In this document: positions 1 through 18,595 of the stretch, piece by piece | Layout: every line of letters begins with the position of its first letter | How positions within the stretch are numbered: position 1 is the stretch's first letter | Assembly: GCF_009914755.1 (NCBI RefSeq) | Contig: NC_060936.1 | Source: the human T2T-CHM13v2.0 reference genome, Homo sapiens | Reading direction: 5' to 3' (one strand) | DNA: 64,000 nucleotides | Program-made: the position numbers and the translations under genes | Notes under the pieces: model-generated | What the model was told of the DNA's origin: nothing | Databases searched by the model: none | Seen by the model: only the letters and a program-made list of their open reading frames with translations

Positions 1-300
1 CCTGCTCTCTTAATTCGAAGCCTATTTTTCCTATCTTTATGTCCACATGTTTCCAGCATTTAGCTCCCACTTATACGTGAGAGTATGTGGTATTTGTTTT
101 TCTGTGTCTGCATTAATTTACTTAGGATGATGGCTTCCAGCTGCATCTTTTGTTGCAAAGGACATGACTTTGTTCTTTTTTATGACTGTGTAGTATTCCA
201 TGGTGTATATGTACCACATTTTCTTTATCCAGAACACTGTTGATAGGCATCTACATTGATTCCATGTCTTGGCTATTGTGAATAGTGCAGCAATAAACAT
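1..300 (-). mobile_element. L1 3' end fragment (ORF2 C-terminus / 3' UTR)
   Basis: ORF 118-300(-) MFIAALFTIAKTWNQ...WIKKMWYIYTMEYY is the L1 ORF2p C-terminus. Confidence 0.9.
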
Positions 301-768
301 GCATGGTTCAACTTTTATGGTAACAAAGCTGTGAGTTGTTCTTCAGTTGTCATGGACCCTCACTCAGGTCATGTAACCTGAGCATGGACAGGTGAAACAA
401 GTGTGCAACCACAAGGGAAACCTAATCGTTCAGACTGAGGTACAGGGACCGAATTAAGAGGTGGACACAGGATGGCAGGATCCAGGATCCAACTGGATAG
501 AACTCAGGCATCACTTCATGGCAGGATCCAGTCAGATCTTGCCTCCCAGCATCACCTCATTGCAAGATCCAATCAGATTATTCCTCACTACCCTATGCTT
601 ATAAAACCTGACCCACCTCCCAGCTTGGCGAGGTACTACTTTGGGAGCTTTGTCCAGTGTTCTCTTTACTTTCTGTAAGAACAAAATCTCCTTGCTAAAT
701 CCACCTTGTCGGTGGTCATTGGGTTGATACCTGCCAAGTGACTGAACCCACCTGTTGTGTGGGTAACA
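301..768 (+). mobile_element. Solitary ERV LTR (MER54-like, family uncertain)
   Basis: LTR-like content (CCAATCAG, TATAAAA near 600), ends ...GGGTAACA; resembles the recalled MER54 consensus. Confidence 0.5.
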
Positions 769-1639
769 TTTAGAACATATTTTCCATTTCTTTATTTTCC
801 TTGACTGTCTGCATTGGTGTCTGTGCACCAGATAAAACAGCTTCCTTTCCAGTCTTCACAGACAGGTCTCAGATAGGACAACACCTTTACCAATCAGTCC
901 AGACAGAGGTTCTGGGTGCCACTTAAACCTTCCTGGTAGTTGAAACCACAATGTTTGTTCTTAATGGTCCTCAGGCATCTAGAGTATGCCAGGCCCTTCC
1001 AGTGCTCTCAGATACATGAGATAAAATCCAGTTCCTCAGGTAGCAGCCAGAAAAGCTGGGGTGCTAGTTATTTGGTCTGTCTCCTTTGCTTTTCAGAGAG
1101 AAGCTGGAAGCCAGGCTTTATCACTGCACTGAGCCAAAGTGGGGAGCAGGGGGAAGTGCCCACATGCTTATTAAAAACCGCTCTGAAAATATTTGAAGTA
1201 ACAGGGCTATAACAATTATTATTTTAAAAGCAACTGCTGTTTTGGTTTGTGTAGCCCCAGAGGTTTAGCAGATGCTGGGCCCTGTCAGCTCACCAAAACA
1301 GGGAAATTAGAAACCAGTCTATCTGGTAGTATCTAGAGAAGTTGTGATACCAGATAGGTGGTCCAAACCCTTCACTCCTCAGGGATAGACTAAGAGATGG
1401 GAGTTCCTTCCCGATCATATGGCATTGTATTAGGGTTGGGGGTTATGATCACAGTGTGTGCAAGTTTTTTCCTATCAGTTTTGATGTGGATAGTTTCACA
1501 CTCACCTAGGGTGCAGGAGTGGCTCAGTCAGTTTCTGGATTTCCAATCATGGGAATTTGCCTCTGTGTTGCTGTTGAATTGATGGTGGGGAAGGAGAGTT
1601 TAGGGCCTTCTATTCTGCCATCTGTGACTCTGACAGTTT

Positions 1640-2265
1640 CTTTTAATGTTAAACTATCATACAGTCTAGTTACTACATTTGTAGACATTTCTCTCGCACA
1701 AATGACAACTTATATTTACACAAAAGCCTGTATATAAAATGTGCATAACAGCTTTATTCATAATAGTCAAAACTTGTAAACAACTGTATGTCTCACAATG
1801 GGTGAAAAATTAAGTAAATTCTGTTATAGGCATACAGTGGATTACTACTCAGCAATAAAAAGGAATGGGCTATTGATACATATAACAACTTCCTTGAATC
1901 TCAAAGTACTTAGGCTAAGTAAGAAAAGCCAATTACTGAAGATCGCATTCTGTGTGATTTAATTTACGTAACATTATTGAAATGACAAAATGGTATAGAT
2001 AGAGAATGAGGGTTATGGATGGGTGAGTGGAGAAGAAGGGGCAGTATGGAGAAAGGGTGGTGTGGCTCTCCGTCTTGATGGAAGAGTTTCGTTTCCTCAT
2101 TGTATCAATGGCATTATCTTAGTCGTGATATTATAGTGTAGTTTTTTAGATGTTACCATTGGGAGAAACTGAGTAAAGAAGATGTGGGATCTTTCTTTAG
2201 TATTTCTTAGAACTGCATGTGAATCTACAACTAGCTCAAAATAAAAAGTTTAATTATAAAATAAA
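1640..2265 (+). mobile_element. Old L1M (L1MC-like) 3' end
   Basis: Typical L1M 3' UTR phrases (tactcagcaataaaaaggaat, gcatgtgaatctacaa) ending in an A-rich tail. Confidence 0.7.
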
Positions 2266-3029
2266 AGCTACATGAAATGAAGCAAAAAATAATTCACCCT
2301 TGTCACGCACACAGAGTCAGAGACTGTAACATAATTTGCAGGATCTAGAGCAGAATACAAATGTAAAACATCTTGTTAAAAAATTATTAATAATTTTGAG
2401 ACATTGATAAAGCATTAAGCCGCCTGTGGGGCCCTTTAAGCATGATAAACTGTGCTACCACACAGATTGCACATTCACGTATCTGGCCCTGCAAATGGAA
2501 TGATTTTTGCCCATGATCAATTCACCATGGCCTCTTTGGGCTCAGTGAATTTGCTTCTTCAGGAGGGTAATTTTCTCTTCTTTCTCTGCTAAGCTGTTTA
2601 ACAGTAGTTGCCCTGCCTAATGGGCTTCATCCATCCATTTCTCTCAGATTATTTTCATGATGCACTAGGATGAAGCACACCCTTTCTCCTAGTCTTGAGG
2701 AAACGTCGATATTCAGAATATTTAAACGCAGGCACTGACCAATCAGAAGAGTTTCTGGCCAACGTTCCACACTTGAGGGAAATGACATTATCTGAGCCCT
2801 GAAGAAAAACGTTGTAGATATTCTCCAGATCAAAGCATCGACAGGAAGATTTTAGATGTTGAAGTTCGTAATATTTCCTAAAGCAGGTATGAATTACTAG
2901 TAACTTAATAGGTATATTAACTGATGAAGTTTTCATTTCTCAGAACAAACCAGTCAAGGAAGGTGCTATTATACTCCTTTTATTCATATAGATCTTGAGG
3001 CTGAGACAGTTTAATCAATATGCTATAAT

Positions 3030-3858
3030 TATTGTGTAATAATAAATTACCATAAACTAGGGGTGCTATGATCTCAATATTTGTATCTCCCACTCCCAAA
3101 TTCACATGTTGAAATCCTGACTCCCAAGGTGATGGCATTAGGAGATGAAACCTTTGTGAGGTCATTAAGTCATGAGGGTAGAATACCGATGAATGGGATT
3201 AGTGCCCTTACAAAAGGGGCCCACCAAAGCTGCCTTGTTCCTTCTACTATGTGAGGACACATCTAGAAGTTACCATCAATGAACCAGAAAGTGGGCCCTC
3301 ACCAGGCACCAAATCTGCCAGCACTCTGATCTTGGACTTCCAGCCTCCTGAACTGTGAGAAATAAATTTCTGTTGTTTATAAGTTACCCATTTTATGGTA
3401 TTTTGTTACAGGCACATGAACTAAGACAAGTGGATTAAAAACAACACAAATTATTATTTTACTGTCTAGAAATGAGAGGTTCAAAATGGCTAAAGTCAGG
3501 GTGCCACTGATAGGGCTGCATTTCTTTTGGAGGCTCTAGGGAAGAAGCCGTTTCCTTGCCTTTTTCAGCTTCCAGAGGCCACCTGCATTCCTTAGCTTAT
3601 GGTCCCTTGCTACAGCTTTAAAGCCAGCAGCACAGCACCTTCAAATCTCTCTCTGACAGTGACATTCCTGCCTTCCCCTAATAAAGACCCATGTGATTAG
3701 ATTAGGCCCACCTGGATTATCCAAAATAATCCCTCTGTCTTTAGACCCTTAACCATATGTGCAAAATGTCTTTTGTCATGTAAAATAACATCCTTACCTC
3801 AAGGTTTTGGGAATTAGCTTATTAATGTCTTTAGGGGGTCATTATTCTGCTTTCCACA
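3030..3858. mobile_element. Nested MaLR LTRs: MLT1A-like (+, 3064-3428) inserted into an older MLT1 (-)
   Basis: TG...CA ends at 3064/3428 with a decayed 5-bp TSD AGGGG/AGTGG; the host MLT1 sequence resumes after 3433. Confidence 0.7.
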
Positions 3859-3932
3859 TACATTTAAAATTAACTATCAGGCTACAAAAGTCATATATGA
3901 ATTGAGCTTGTTTTGCCCCAAAGGCTGTGTTC

Positions 3933-4240
<308 letters not shown>

Positions 4241-4998
4241 CAGCTGTGTTCTTTTACATCATAATACACTGCCTTTTATATCCCTCACTTATTCAATATC
4301 ATTACCATCCATCATGCTGTCACAAACACAAAAACCCAAGAAAAGTGGGATACAGGTCATTGAGAATAAATAATTTTTATAAACTTTTGTTCTTTCTTGT
4401 AACTTTTTATCAGTCAGCTATTCCAATGAAGCAAAATCTGATAATATATTGCTTTTATACTACTTAGTTGAGACACTCACATCTATTGAAGAGTAATGGG
4501 CACTTTGAAGGGGCTTTTTTCTTTCCTTTTATATCCGGTCAATTAGTCATTAATTTCTGCCTTCTAATATAGACTCAACTAAAAAATTATATTTTGAAAA
4601 AAATTTATTTTCTAAATGAAATTAAAATTACTCTGTATGTGTACTTCTTTTCCTCACACTGGAATTCTCTAAGGACAGTGTAAATGCACATCACTGTATC
4701 TTATGTGTGGTATCTTATGTGTGGTATCAGCTATTTAACACAAGGTTGCATAAGAAAGTAAGCACGACGATATGGCTTAGAAGTCATGAGATTCACATAG
4801 TTTAATATAAAGCTCTTGTGATAATTGGAGAGTTATTTTGTCACATTTCTCCTTTCATAATTTATGCTCCAGCTCTCTCAGATTTCAGGTGTTTTCCCAA
4901 CTCTGAGATATATTCTCTTCTCTCTGGGCCTAACTAAAGAAACTAGAAGACTTTCTTCAACTGGAAGACTTCTTCCTCCACCTCAAATGCCTCACTTT

Positions 4999-5527
<529 letters not shown>

Positions 5528-7854
5528 TAAATGCCTCACTTTATTTAACTAACTCCAGCTCATTTGATTGGTACTTTCTTGGGAAAACTTCTTCTGGGTT
5601 AAGTGCCCTCATTAACTGCTCTCCTAATAAATTATTCTACTGCCATTCACATCTTGTTACAATAAGTCATGTATACCTACTTATTTTTCAGTTTCATATT
5701 AACTTCCTTAAAGAAAGGGACATTACCCTCAAAGTCCACCTGGCGTGCTGGCTGAAAGATGTTAAGTTTGAAAATATTTGTTAAAGGGTAAATGATTATG
5801 TACATCTTTAGGACTTCATGAACTTACTTTCAGTTTAGTTTCCACATAAGGAGAAACTTACAGCAACGTAGAAACCAAGAGATTGATATGAATAAATGAT
5901 GTGACTAACTCACAAATACCATGTCATTTGATATTTGACCTTTAAAGTAGTTTTCATATCAGATCTGTCAGTCATGGGTTCTATAGCTTACTGTGAACTT
6001 AGACATATTAGTTAGTCCCTCACCCAAAATCATCTGAAAAATAAAGGTAATATCAGCCTCATTAGTTAGTTATGCCAATTAAATAAGAACACATATTTAA
6101 ATCTCATATTAATGTGTATGGAGCATAGTAAGCAGTAATAACCTGGCATGTTGTCATGCCAGGCTAGTAACAGTAAAAGTAATAGTAGTTTCACTGGAAG
6201 GTCCAAGATTAGTGTGGAAATTCCAAGATGATTAGTGTGGAAATTCCAAGATAAGTGTGGAAATTTCAATTTATCAGGGTTTACCTTTTGTCCCCTTTAA
6301 GCTAACAATGAAATTATAAAAGGATATAAAAGGGATAAGCCTGACAGTTCATATCCACTTCTGTGTATGATAATATAACTGGAGAGACATCAAACTCATG
6401 CTGAGAACAACTAGAAGAGTTAGAATTGAAGAAAAAGGATTTCATTAAGATATTAGAGAGTGTTCAAGGCAACTGGAGGCAGAACGAAGATTCTGGAAAG
6501 GGGCCACAGAGAAGTGAGTCAGCATTCCAGGAGCCACCCTTCTCTTAGGGGCATCTTGGCAGTGGGTCAGATGCTGAGATTCTGGGGAGAGGGCTGTGGA
6601 TACCAGGCATTTTTTTGGGGGAGAGAAAAATCTCTTCCTAAAGCACTTGAAGGACCAAAACCCCCAGAGAGGAGAGAGGGCCAAAGAAATGAGAAAAATT
6701 TTTCTCTCAAGCAATTTTCAAATTATTAAATTTCACAGGAAAGGAGGTTAGGAAGAACTATGTGAAAAACAGACTTGAACTTTTGGCAATCACATGTTGT
6801 TCAGGAGACAAAACCAAATTCAACTTCCAAGAAAGAGAAGCAGCTTTGATAAAAAGCAGGTTCTCAGATGGAATTACTAGAAGGCTTTATCATAGGTCCT
6901 AGGACAAACTAGAAATGATGAAATAGTAAAGAAAAAGATATATAAAATCTTACAGAAACTGGAACTCAGTCCTAATGCAACTTCATTTCTATTTGATAAA
7001 GGCAATAGCTGTCCAATCTGGAACTTATTTCTTACAGGTAAGGGGGGCTACTGTATAGAATTCAAAAGCAGGGAAAATATGTTGTCAGAGTTAAGATAGA
7101 GATTGTATTTGGGGTAATGAGCGTTGCAGGACATGAGTAGGGCACATAGCGTGTTGGTATTGTTTTACGTGGTTTTAAGATATACTTCATCTAGGCACTT
7201 GTTACATGTTATATTTTTAATGAATGTCTTTAGTTGTATGCTTATGATTTGTGCACATTACTATAAATTATATTTTAGTAAAAGGTGCCCTTACTGGCAT
7301 TTATATACAAGAAATCAACACATCTGACAAGAAGCTCTTGCTGCTAAAGAGCCTCTGTGCTCCTGGATCATGCCAGAGGGAGCACAGAAGCTGCACACCG
7401 TTCAAGCCCATTTTTGAAAAGTTGTTGTAGCAGCCATAGCAGCAAATTCCCAAAATATCTTGAAGAAATTGAAAACAAGATATTTTTTGAATGAGCGTAA
7501 ACTCTTGGGAATGAATTTTAATTTGAGATTAAAATTGCTGTTGTCTTTACTTACCTAACATTCATTTCCTCTGAGAGCCAACTCCTTCCTTTCAATAAAT
7601 TCTTATTTTCTATCATAATATTGCTTTGTACCGCACAAAATACAATTATAATTTTTAATAGTCAAAGAAATTTTAAGTTATCAAACATTAGTTTCTTTCG
7701 TAACCAAAATACTGTTAGAGAAGTAGCTTCAACTTTTTAAAATTCTTACAAACACCAGTTTATTCTGTTGTGATGAGCTGATTTTTGAAACAATTTATGC
7801 TTCATTTGTTCCTCTAGCTATATTTAACTTAAAGGCTTGACATTTTGAGTTACT

Positions 7855-7976
7855 GGGGCGGTTACACACTTACACGTTTTAGTCGTTGGGCTTTTTTTTT
7901 GTTTTGTTTTGAATCATTCTTGGGGTTGAAAACGTAGAGACTGTGGTTTAGATCACTCATAGAAACTGGAGGCAAA
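7855..7976 (+). promoter_or_regulatory. CLEC2D proximal promoter / 5' UTR region with GC-box and RUNX motifs
   Basis: GGGGCGG at 7855-7861 and TGTGGTT at 7942-7948 just upstream of the ATG; no clear TATA box. Function is inferred. Confidence 0.45.
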
Positions 7977-8037
7977 ATGCATGACAGTAACAATGTGGAG
8001 AAAGACATTACACCATCTGAATTGCCTGCAAACCCAG
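7977..8037 (+). CDS. CLEC2D: CLEC2D (LLT1) coding exon 1, cytoplasmic tail MHDSNNVEKDITPSELPANP(G)
   Basis: ATG at 7977 in gcaaaATGc; the translation matches the LLT1 N-terminus; donor CAG|GTAAGA at 8037/8038, phase 1. Confidence 0.97.
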
Positions 8038-9461
8038 GTAAGAAGCTGGGCTCTACAGAGTAAGTGTGAGGACTGGAATGGGAAGGTAGTGGTAGTGATG
8101 GGCTCACACAGGAAAGGTGCTGATCTAGTAAAAAGTTTTCAAGGATAAGAGATGGAATGTGGGAGTCCATAAATTGGCTTATAATTTGTGTAAAACATGC
8201 ATATATTTATATTCCCAGTTCTAACAACTAAGGAGAGGGAACAATGAGAGAAAGATGTAAGACAATGAGATAAGTTTAGGATTGAAAATAACAGTTAATT
8301 TCACTAAAAAAAAATCTATACAAACTCTAAAGTGTTACTCAGATACAAGATACCATCATTATTACATAGGTAGAAAACCTATCATGGAAGCTCTTAAGAG
8401 AGAAAAGGTAGAAAATAGTATGTAAAGGACATTTACAAATCAAAAAAGTAACAAAGGTTGAGTAGAAACTTAGTAGGGCATTCTAATGGAATTATGTTAC
8501 ATTGGATGCACTGGAAATATATATATATATAGCTTTATATGATGCTTTAGTAAGTGAAAAAAATGACTTTTGCCACAGTTAGGGAATATCAGGGTTTTAT
8601 AACTTAGGACTTAAAAGTTTGGAGTTTTCTCCTCCCAACTTAAAAGGTAATCAATTTGGAGAAAAGGTAATTCAGAGGCAGAAAAAGATGAACTCTAAAT
8701 GTTGTTAAATGACTTCATTTATTTCTTCATTCATTGGGTATTTTGAGCATTTTATACCAAATGCTTTAAACTGTTTGTCGGATAGTTCCAACATCTCTGT
8801 CATGTCCTCCTTGGCTTGTGTTTTCTTTCCCCATGGAAGTTGACATTTTCGTGGTTCTTCATATACTGTGTAATTTTGGATTGTAATTTGAACATTTTGA
8901 ACAAATATTTAGTTAGACTGGATCTTATTTAAATTTTGGAGTATATTGATACTATTGTTTTAGCAAGCAATCACCCTGGTGAGATGAAGACAATCTGTGG
9001 GATCTGGTTCCAATGTCAGTTCCATTCTGAAAGCCTTTGTAGTGCTATTCAGACATGTGCATCAACCAGGGGTGAAATTGGGAACTGTGCAATGCTCTAC
9101 TCATTAGTTCAGGTCTTAGCATCTTTAGTGTGCCAATTAGAACCATATCTAGGCATGCATAAGTTGAGGGGCAGGTGAATCCAGGAGTTTATAAATAATG
9201 TTCATGGGTCTCTTTCTAAAGTTTCTTCCTCTTCACCATCTGACCCGTACTTTCAGGTTCCCAGGGGCTTCTCCTTTCCATCCTCCAGCTAGAAATGCGG
9301 GCCTCCTTTTATTCTGATGAACCATATACTTCTGCAATTATAGCTGCATCTTTAAGCTCATGTGGCAGACGGACAGTGAGAAAGAAGAAAAAAAAAGCAA
9401 GAGGTTTGGCCCCACTCTCATGGAGCTACAGCTCAACTGAATGGAAAGGATTGACTTTAGA

Positions 9462-9755
9462 TTTCTTTTCTTTTTTTGAGGTGGAGTCTCACTCTGTCCC
9501 CCAGGCTGGAGTGCAGTGGCGCGATCTCGGCTCACTGCAAGCCCCGCCTCCTGGGTTCACGCCATTCTGCCTCAGCCTCCTGAGTAGCTGGGACTACAGG
9601 CGCCCGCCACCACGCCCGGCTACTTTTTTGTATTTTTAGTAGAGACGGGGTTTCACCGTGTTAGCCAGGATAGTCTCGATCTCCTGACTTTGTGATCCGC
9701 CCGCCTCGGCCTCCCAAAGTGCTGGGATTACAGGCGTGAGCCACCGCGCCCGGCC
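9462..9755 (-). mobile_element. AluY
   Basis: CpG-rich full-length Alu with AluY-type diagnostics. Confidence 0.93.
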
Positions 9756-10238
9756 GAGGATTAACCTTTCTCAAGGTGTTGGCTATTGCATGTTGCTGTA
9801 GTTTCCCCTACCATCATCAGATTGCCTGAGGTTTGAGGCACATGAGAATGTAGACAAGAGGGGGAGAAAAAATAAACGTGGTATTTTCACACTCTATTTG
9901 AGATAGGAGTTTGCTTTTCTGTTCCTCAGACCATACCTCTAGTGCTTCTCCTGGAGCCCTCTCTTTATGCTGACAGAGGCTCAATTCCATGTTTCTGGCT
10001 GTATTAAGTTCGGGGCAGTGATACTAGAGGAGGGAAATTTAAATTCACCACTGGTTTGATGGCTCTTTAAATTTGGATATTCTTGTAAGATCTGCTGCTA
10101 GTATATCCTTTTTCCTTTTGCTCTTTTTTGTTTTGTTTAAAGACCATATTTTTAGAGCCATTTTGGGATCACAGCAAAATTGTGAGAAAGGTAGTTTTTT
10201 TTTTCATTTTCTCCTTGTTGCCACACATATATAGACTC

Positions 10239-10593
10239 TGTCTTAGTCTGTTTTGTGCTGCTATTACAGAATACCCAAGACTGGGTAATTTATAATGAAC
10301 AAAATCTATTGGCTCATAGTTCTGGAGGCTGGAAAGTTCAAGACTGAGAAACACATCTTGCTCCATCATCCCATGGCAAAATTTGGAAGGGCAAGAGAGC
10401 ACATGCATAAGAAAGAGAGCAAGAGGCACCAAACTTGCTTTTATAACAAATCCACTTTCGTGATAGTAAACCCACTCCCATTATAAGGACATTATGACCT
10501 GATTACCTCTTAAAGGACCTGCCTCTCAACACTATTGCATTGGGGATTAAGTATCTAACACATGAACTTTGGAGACACATTCAAACCATAGCA
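10239..10593 (-). mobile_element. MST-type MaLR LTR
   Basis: tgtcttagtctg...caaaccatagca ends; TSD GACTC/GTCTC. Confidence 0.8.
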
Positions 10594-10680
10594 GTCTCTA
10601 ACATCAACATTCTTCACCAGCAGTACATTTATTACAATTAATAACCTACATTGGCATATTGTAGCACTCAAAATTCATAA

Positions 10681-12790
10681 TCTGATGGACTTCCCTTTGT
10701 CAGTGACCTGACCTTTCTCCCTGGCTGCCCTTAATATTTTTTCTTCCATTTCGACCTTGGAGTATGTGTCTTGGGGTTGATCTACTCATGAAGTATCTTA
10801 TTGGGGTTCTCTGGATTTCCTGAATTTGAATATTGGCCTGTCTTGCTAGGTTGGGGAAGTTCTCCTGGATTATATCCTGAAGTGTGTTTTCCAACTTGGT
10901 TCCATCCTCCCTGTCTCTTTCAGGTACTCCAGTCAGTGGTAGGTTCGGTCTTTTTACATAGTCCCATAGTTCTTGGAAGTTTTGTTCATTTCTTTTCATT
11001 CTTTTTTCTCTAATCTTGTCTGTCTGCCTTATTTCAGCAAGAGAGTCTTCAAGCTCTGATATTTTCTCTTCTGCTTGGTCAATTCAGCTATTGATACTTG
11101 TGTTTGCAACATGATGTTCTCGTGCTGTGTTTTTCAGCTCCATCAGGTCATTTATGTTCCTCTCTGAACTGGTTATTCTGGTTAACAGCTCCTGTAATCT
11201 TTTATCATGCTTCTTAGCTTCTTTGCATTGGGTTAGAACATAATGCTTTAGCTCAGCGAAATTCGTTATTACCAACTTTCTGAAGCCTACTTCTGTCAGT
11301 TTATCCATCTCAGCTTCAGCCTTGTTCTGTGCCCTCACAGGAGAACTGTTGCGATCATTTGGAGGAGAAGAGGCACTCTGGCTTTTGGAATTTTCACCGT
11401 TTTTTCATTGTTTTTTCCTCATCTTCGTGGATTTATCCACCTTTGATCTTTGAGACTGATGACCTTTGAATGGGGTTTTTGTGGAGTCTTTTTTGTAGAT
11501 GTTGTTGTTGTTACTTTCTGTTTGTTTGTTTATCTTCTAACAGTCAGCCTTTCTGAGGCAAGTCTGCTGCAGTTTGCTGGGGATCCACTCCAGACCCTGT
11601 TCACATGGGTATCACCAGTGGAGGCTGCAGAACAGCAGATTGCTGCCTGCTTCTTCCTTCAGAAGTTTTGCCCCAGAGGGGCACTGGCCTGATGCCAGCC
11701 GGAACTCTTCTGTATGAGGTGTCTGGTGACCCTTGTTGGGAAGTCTCACCCAGTCAGGAGGCATGGGATCAAGGACCCGCTTATGTAGAGAATCTGACAT
11801 TCCCTTAGCAGAGCTGGTGTGCTGTGCTGGGGGAATCCCACTCATCGGGTTCATCTGGTCTCTTCAGAGCCAGCAGGCAGAAAAGATAAGTCTGCTGAAC
11901 CTGAAACTGCCTCTCCCCTCAGGTTCTCTGACTCAGCGAGATGAGAGTTCTGTCTGTAAGCCCCTGACCAGAGCTGCTGGAATTCTTGCAGGGATGACCT
12001 GCCTGGTGAGGAGGGATGGCTCAGGGTCCCACCTAAAGAGGCAGTCTGGCCACAACCTGCCACAGCCAGTTTGCTGCACTGTGGGAAATCTGGCCCAGTC
12101 CAAACCTCTCAGGCTCCTTTGCACTGTCAGGGGCAAACCGCCAACTAATGGTGGTCACCCCTCCCCCCAGGAACTTAGTCATTCCAGGCACACTCCAGAC
12201 TACTCTGCTGGCAGCAGGGATCTCAAGCCAGTGGGTCTTAGCTTGCAGGGATCCATGGGAGTAGAACCTACTGATTGAGACTGCTGGGCTCTCCTCCTTG
12301 GCTTCAGCCCCCTTTCCATGGGACTGGATGGTTCTCGTGCCTCACTGGAGTTCCAGGCACCACTGGAGTATGTAAAAACTCCTGCAGCTCAGTGCCTGCC
12401 TAAACAGCCACCAATGGCAGTGGCTGTCATTGGTTTGCCCAGGTTTGTGCTTGAGACCCAGGGCCCTGGTGGTGTAGGCTCATGAGGGAATCTTCTGATC
12501 TGCAGATTGCAAAAATCTGTGGGAGAAGCATAGTACACCTGGTGGGTAGGACAGACCCTCGCCACTTCCCTTACCTCAGGGAGGCAAGTCTCCCCACCCT
12601 GTGCAGCTCCTGGGTGAAATGACACCCCACCTGCTTTCTTCCTGCTTCCTGTGGGTTGCACCAGCTGCCCAATGAGATGAACTTGGTACCTCAGATGGAG
12701 ATGCAGAATTCACCTGCCTTCCGCATTCATCTCACTGGGAGCTTCAGACCAGAGCTGTTTCTGTTTGGCCATTTTGGCCCCTCCCTTCAA
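10681..12790 (-). mobile_element. L1PA 5' UTR plus N-terminal ORF1; 3' part missing
   Basis: ORF 10700-10999(-) MKRNEQNFQELWDYVKRPNL...ENFPNLARQANIQIQEIQRTP is ORF1p; the L1 5' end lies near 12790. Confidence 0.9.
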
Positions 12791-17840
<5,050 letters not shown>

Positions 17841-18223
17841 TTGATAAAGGGGGTACAGGGGCATATGTGAACTCTATATTTTTAATTCAGTATTTCTGTC
17901 AACTTAAACTGATAAAAACTAAAATCTATTGATTAAGACAAATATCTTGGGAAACATCAATGTAAAGCTTGCTGATCTCTCTAGTGTTGGGGGGAATGTT
18001 GGAGAAAAATATGCCTATTTAGCTAAGGACAAACCTAGATAAATTAACTAGAAGTGTGAATTGTATGCAAGAGATTGTGTCAGAACAGGGTTCCAATAAT
18101 GAACTTCATAAGAGGTTTTAGATAACCTAAGACATTTTGAAATATAACACAACTACAGGAAATTATACAATACAAATATGTAGCTTGATTAATTATTATA
18201 AGATAAACACCTTTGTTGACTCC

Positions 18224-18595
18224 TGATATGGCCTAGCTGTGTCTTTACCCAAATCTCATCTTGAATTGTAGTTCTCATAATCCCCACTTGTCATGGGAGG
18301 GACCCAGTGGGAGATAACTGAATCATGGAGTTGGTTACCCTCGTGCTGTTCTTGTGATAGCGAGTGAGTTTTCATGATATCTGATGGTTTTATAAGGGGC
18401 TTTTACCCCTTTGTTAGGCACTTCTGTCTCCTGCTGCCATGTGAAGAAGAACATGTTTGCTTCCTCTTCCACCATTATTGTAAGTTTCCTGAGGCCTCCC
18501 CAGCCATGTAGAACTGTGAGTCAGTTAAACTTCTTTCCTTTTTAAATTATCCAGTCTTGGGCAGTTCTTCATAGCAGTGAGGATGGACTAATACA
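18224..18595 (+). mobile_element. THE1/MSTA-type MaLR solo LTR
   Basis: TGATATGG...GGACTAATACA; TSD ACTCC/ACTGC. Confidence 0.85.

Noticed and set aside
2690-2790. MHC class II-like SXY module around the CCAAT box
   Set aside because: The Y box is fine but no convincing X1/X2 box lies at the required spacing.
4696-4728. 14-bp tandem duplication GTATCTTATGTGTG
   Set aside because: Ordinary slippage duplication with no evident motif gain.
6203-6268. CRISPR-like direct repeats
   Set aside because: Contiguous tandem units without spacers in a mammalian genome; treated as a minisatellite.
11733-12278. 181-aa ORF
   Set aside because: Antisense frame in a GC-rich L1 5' UTR with a TTG start; the ORF0-equivalent ATG here appears frameshifted.
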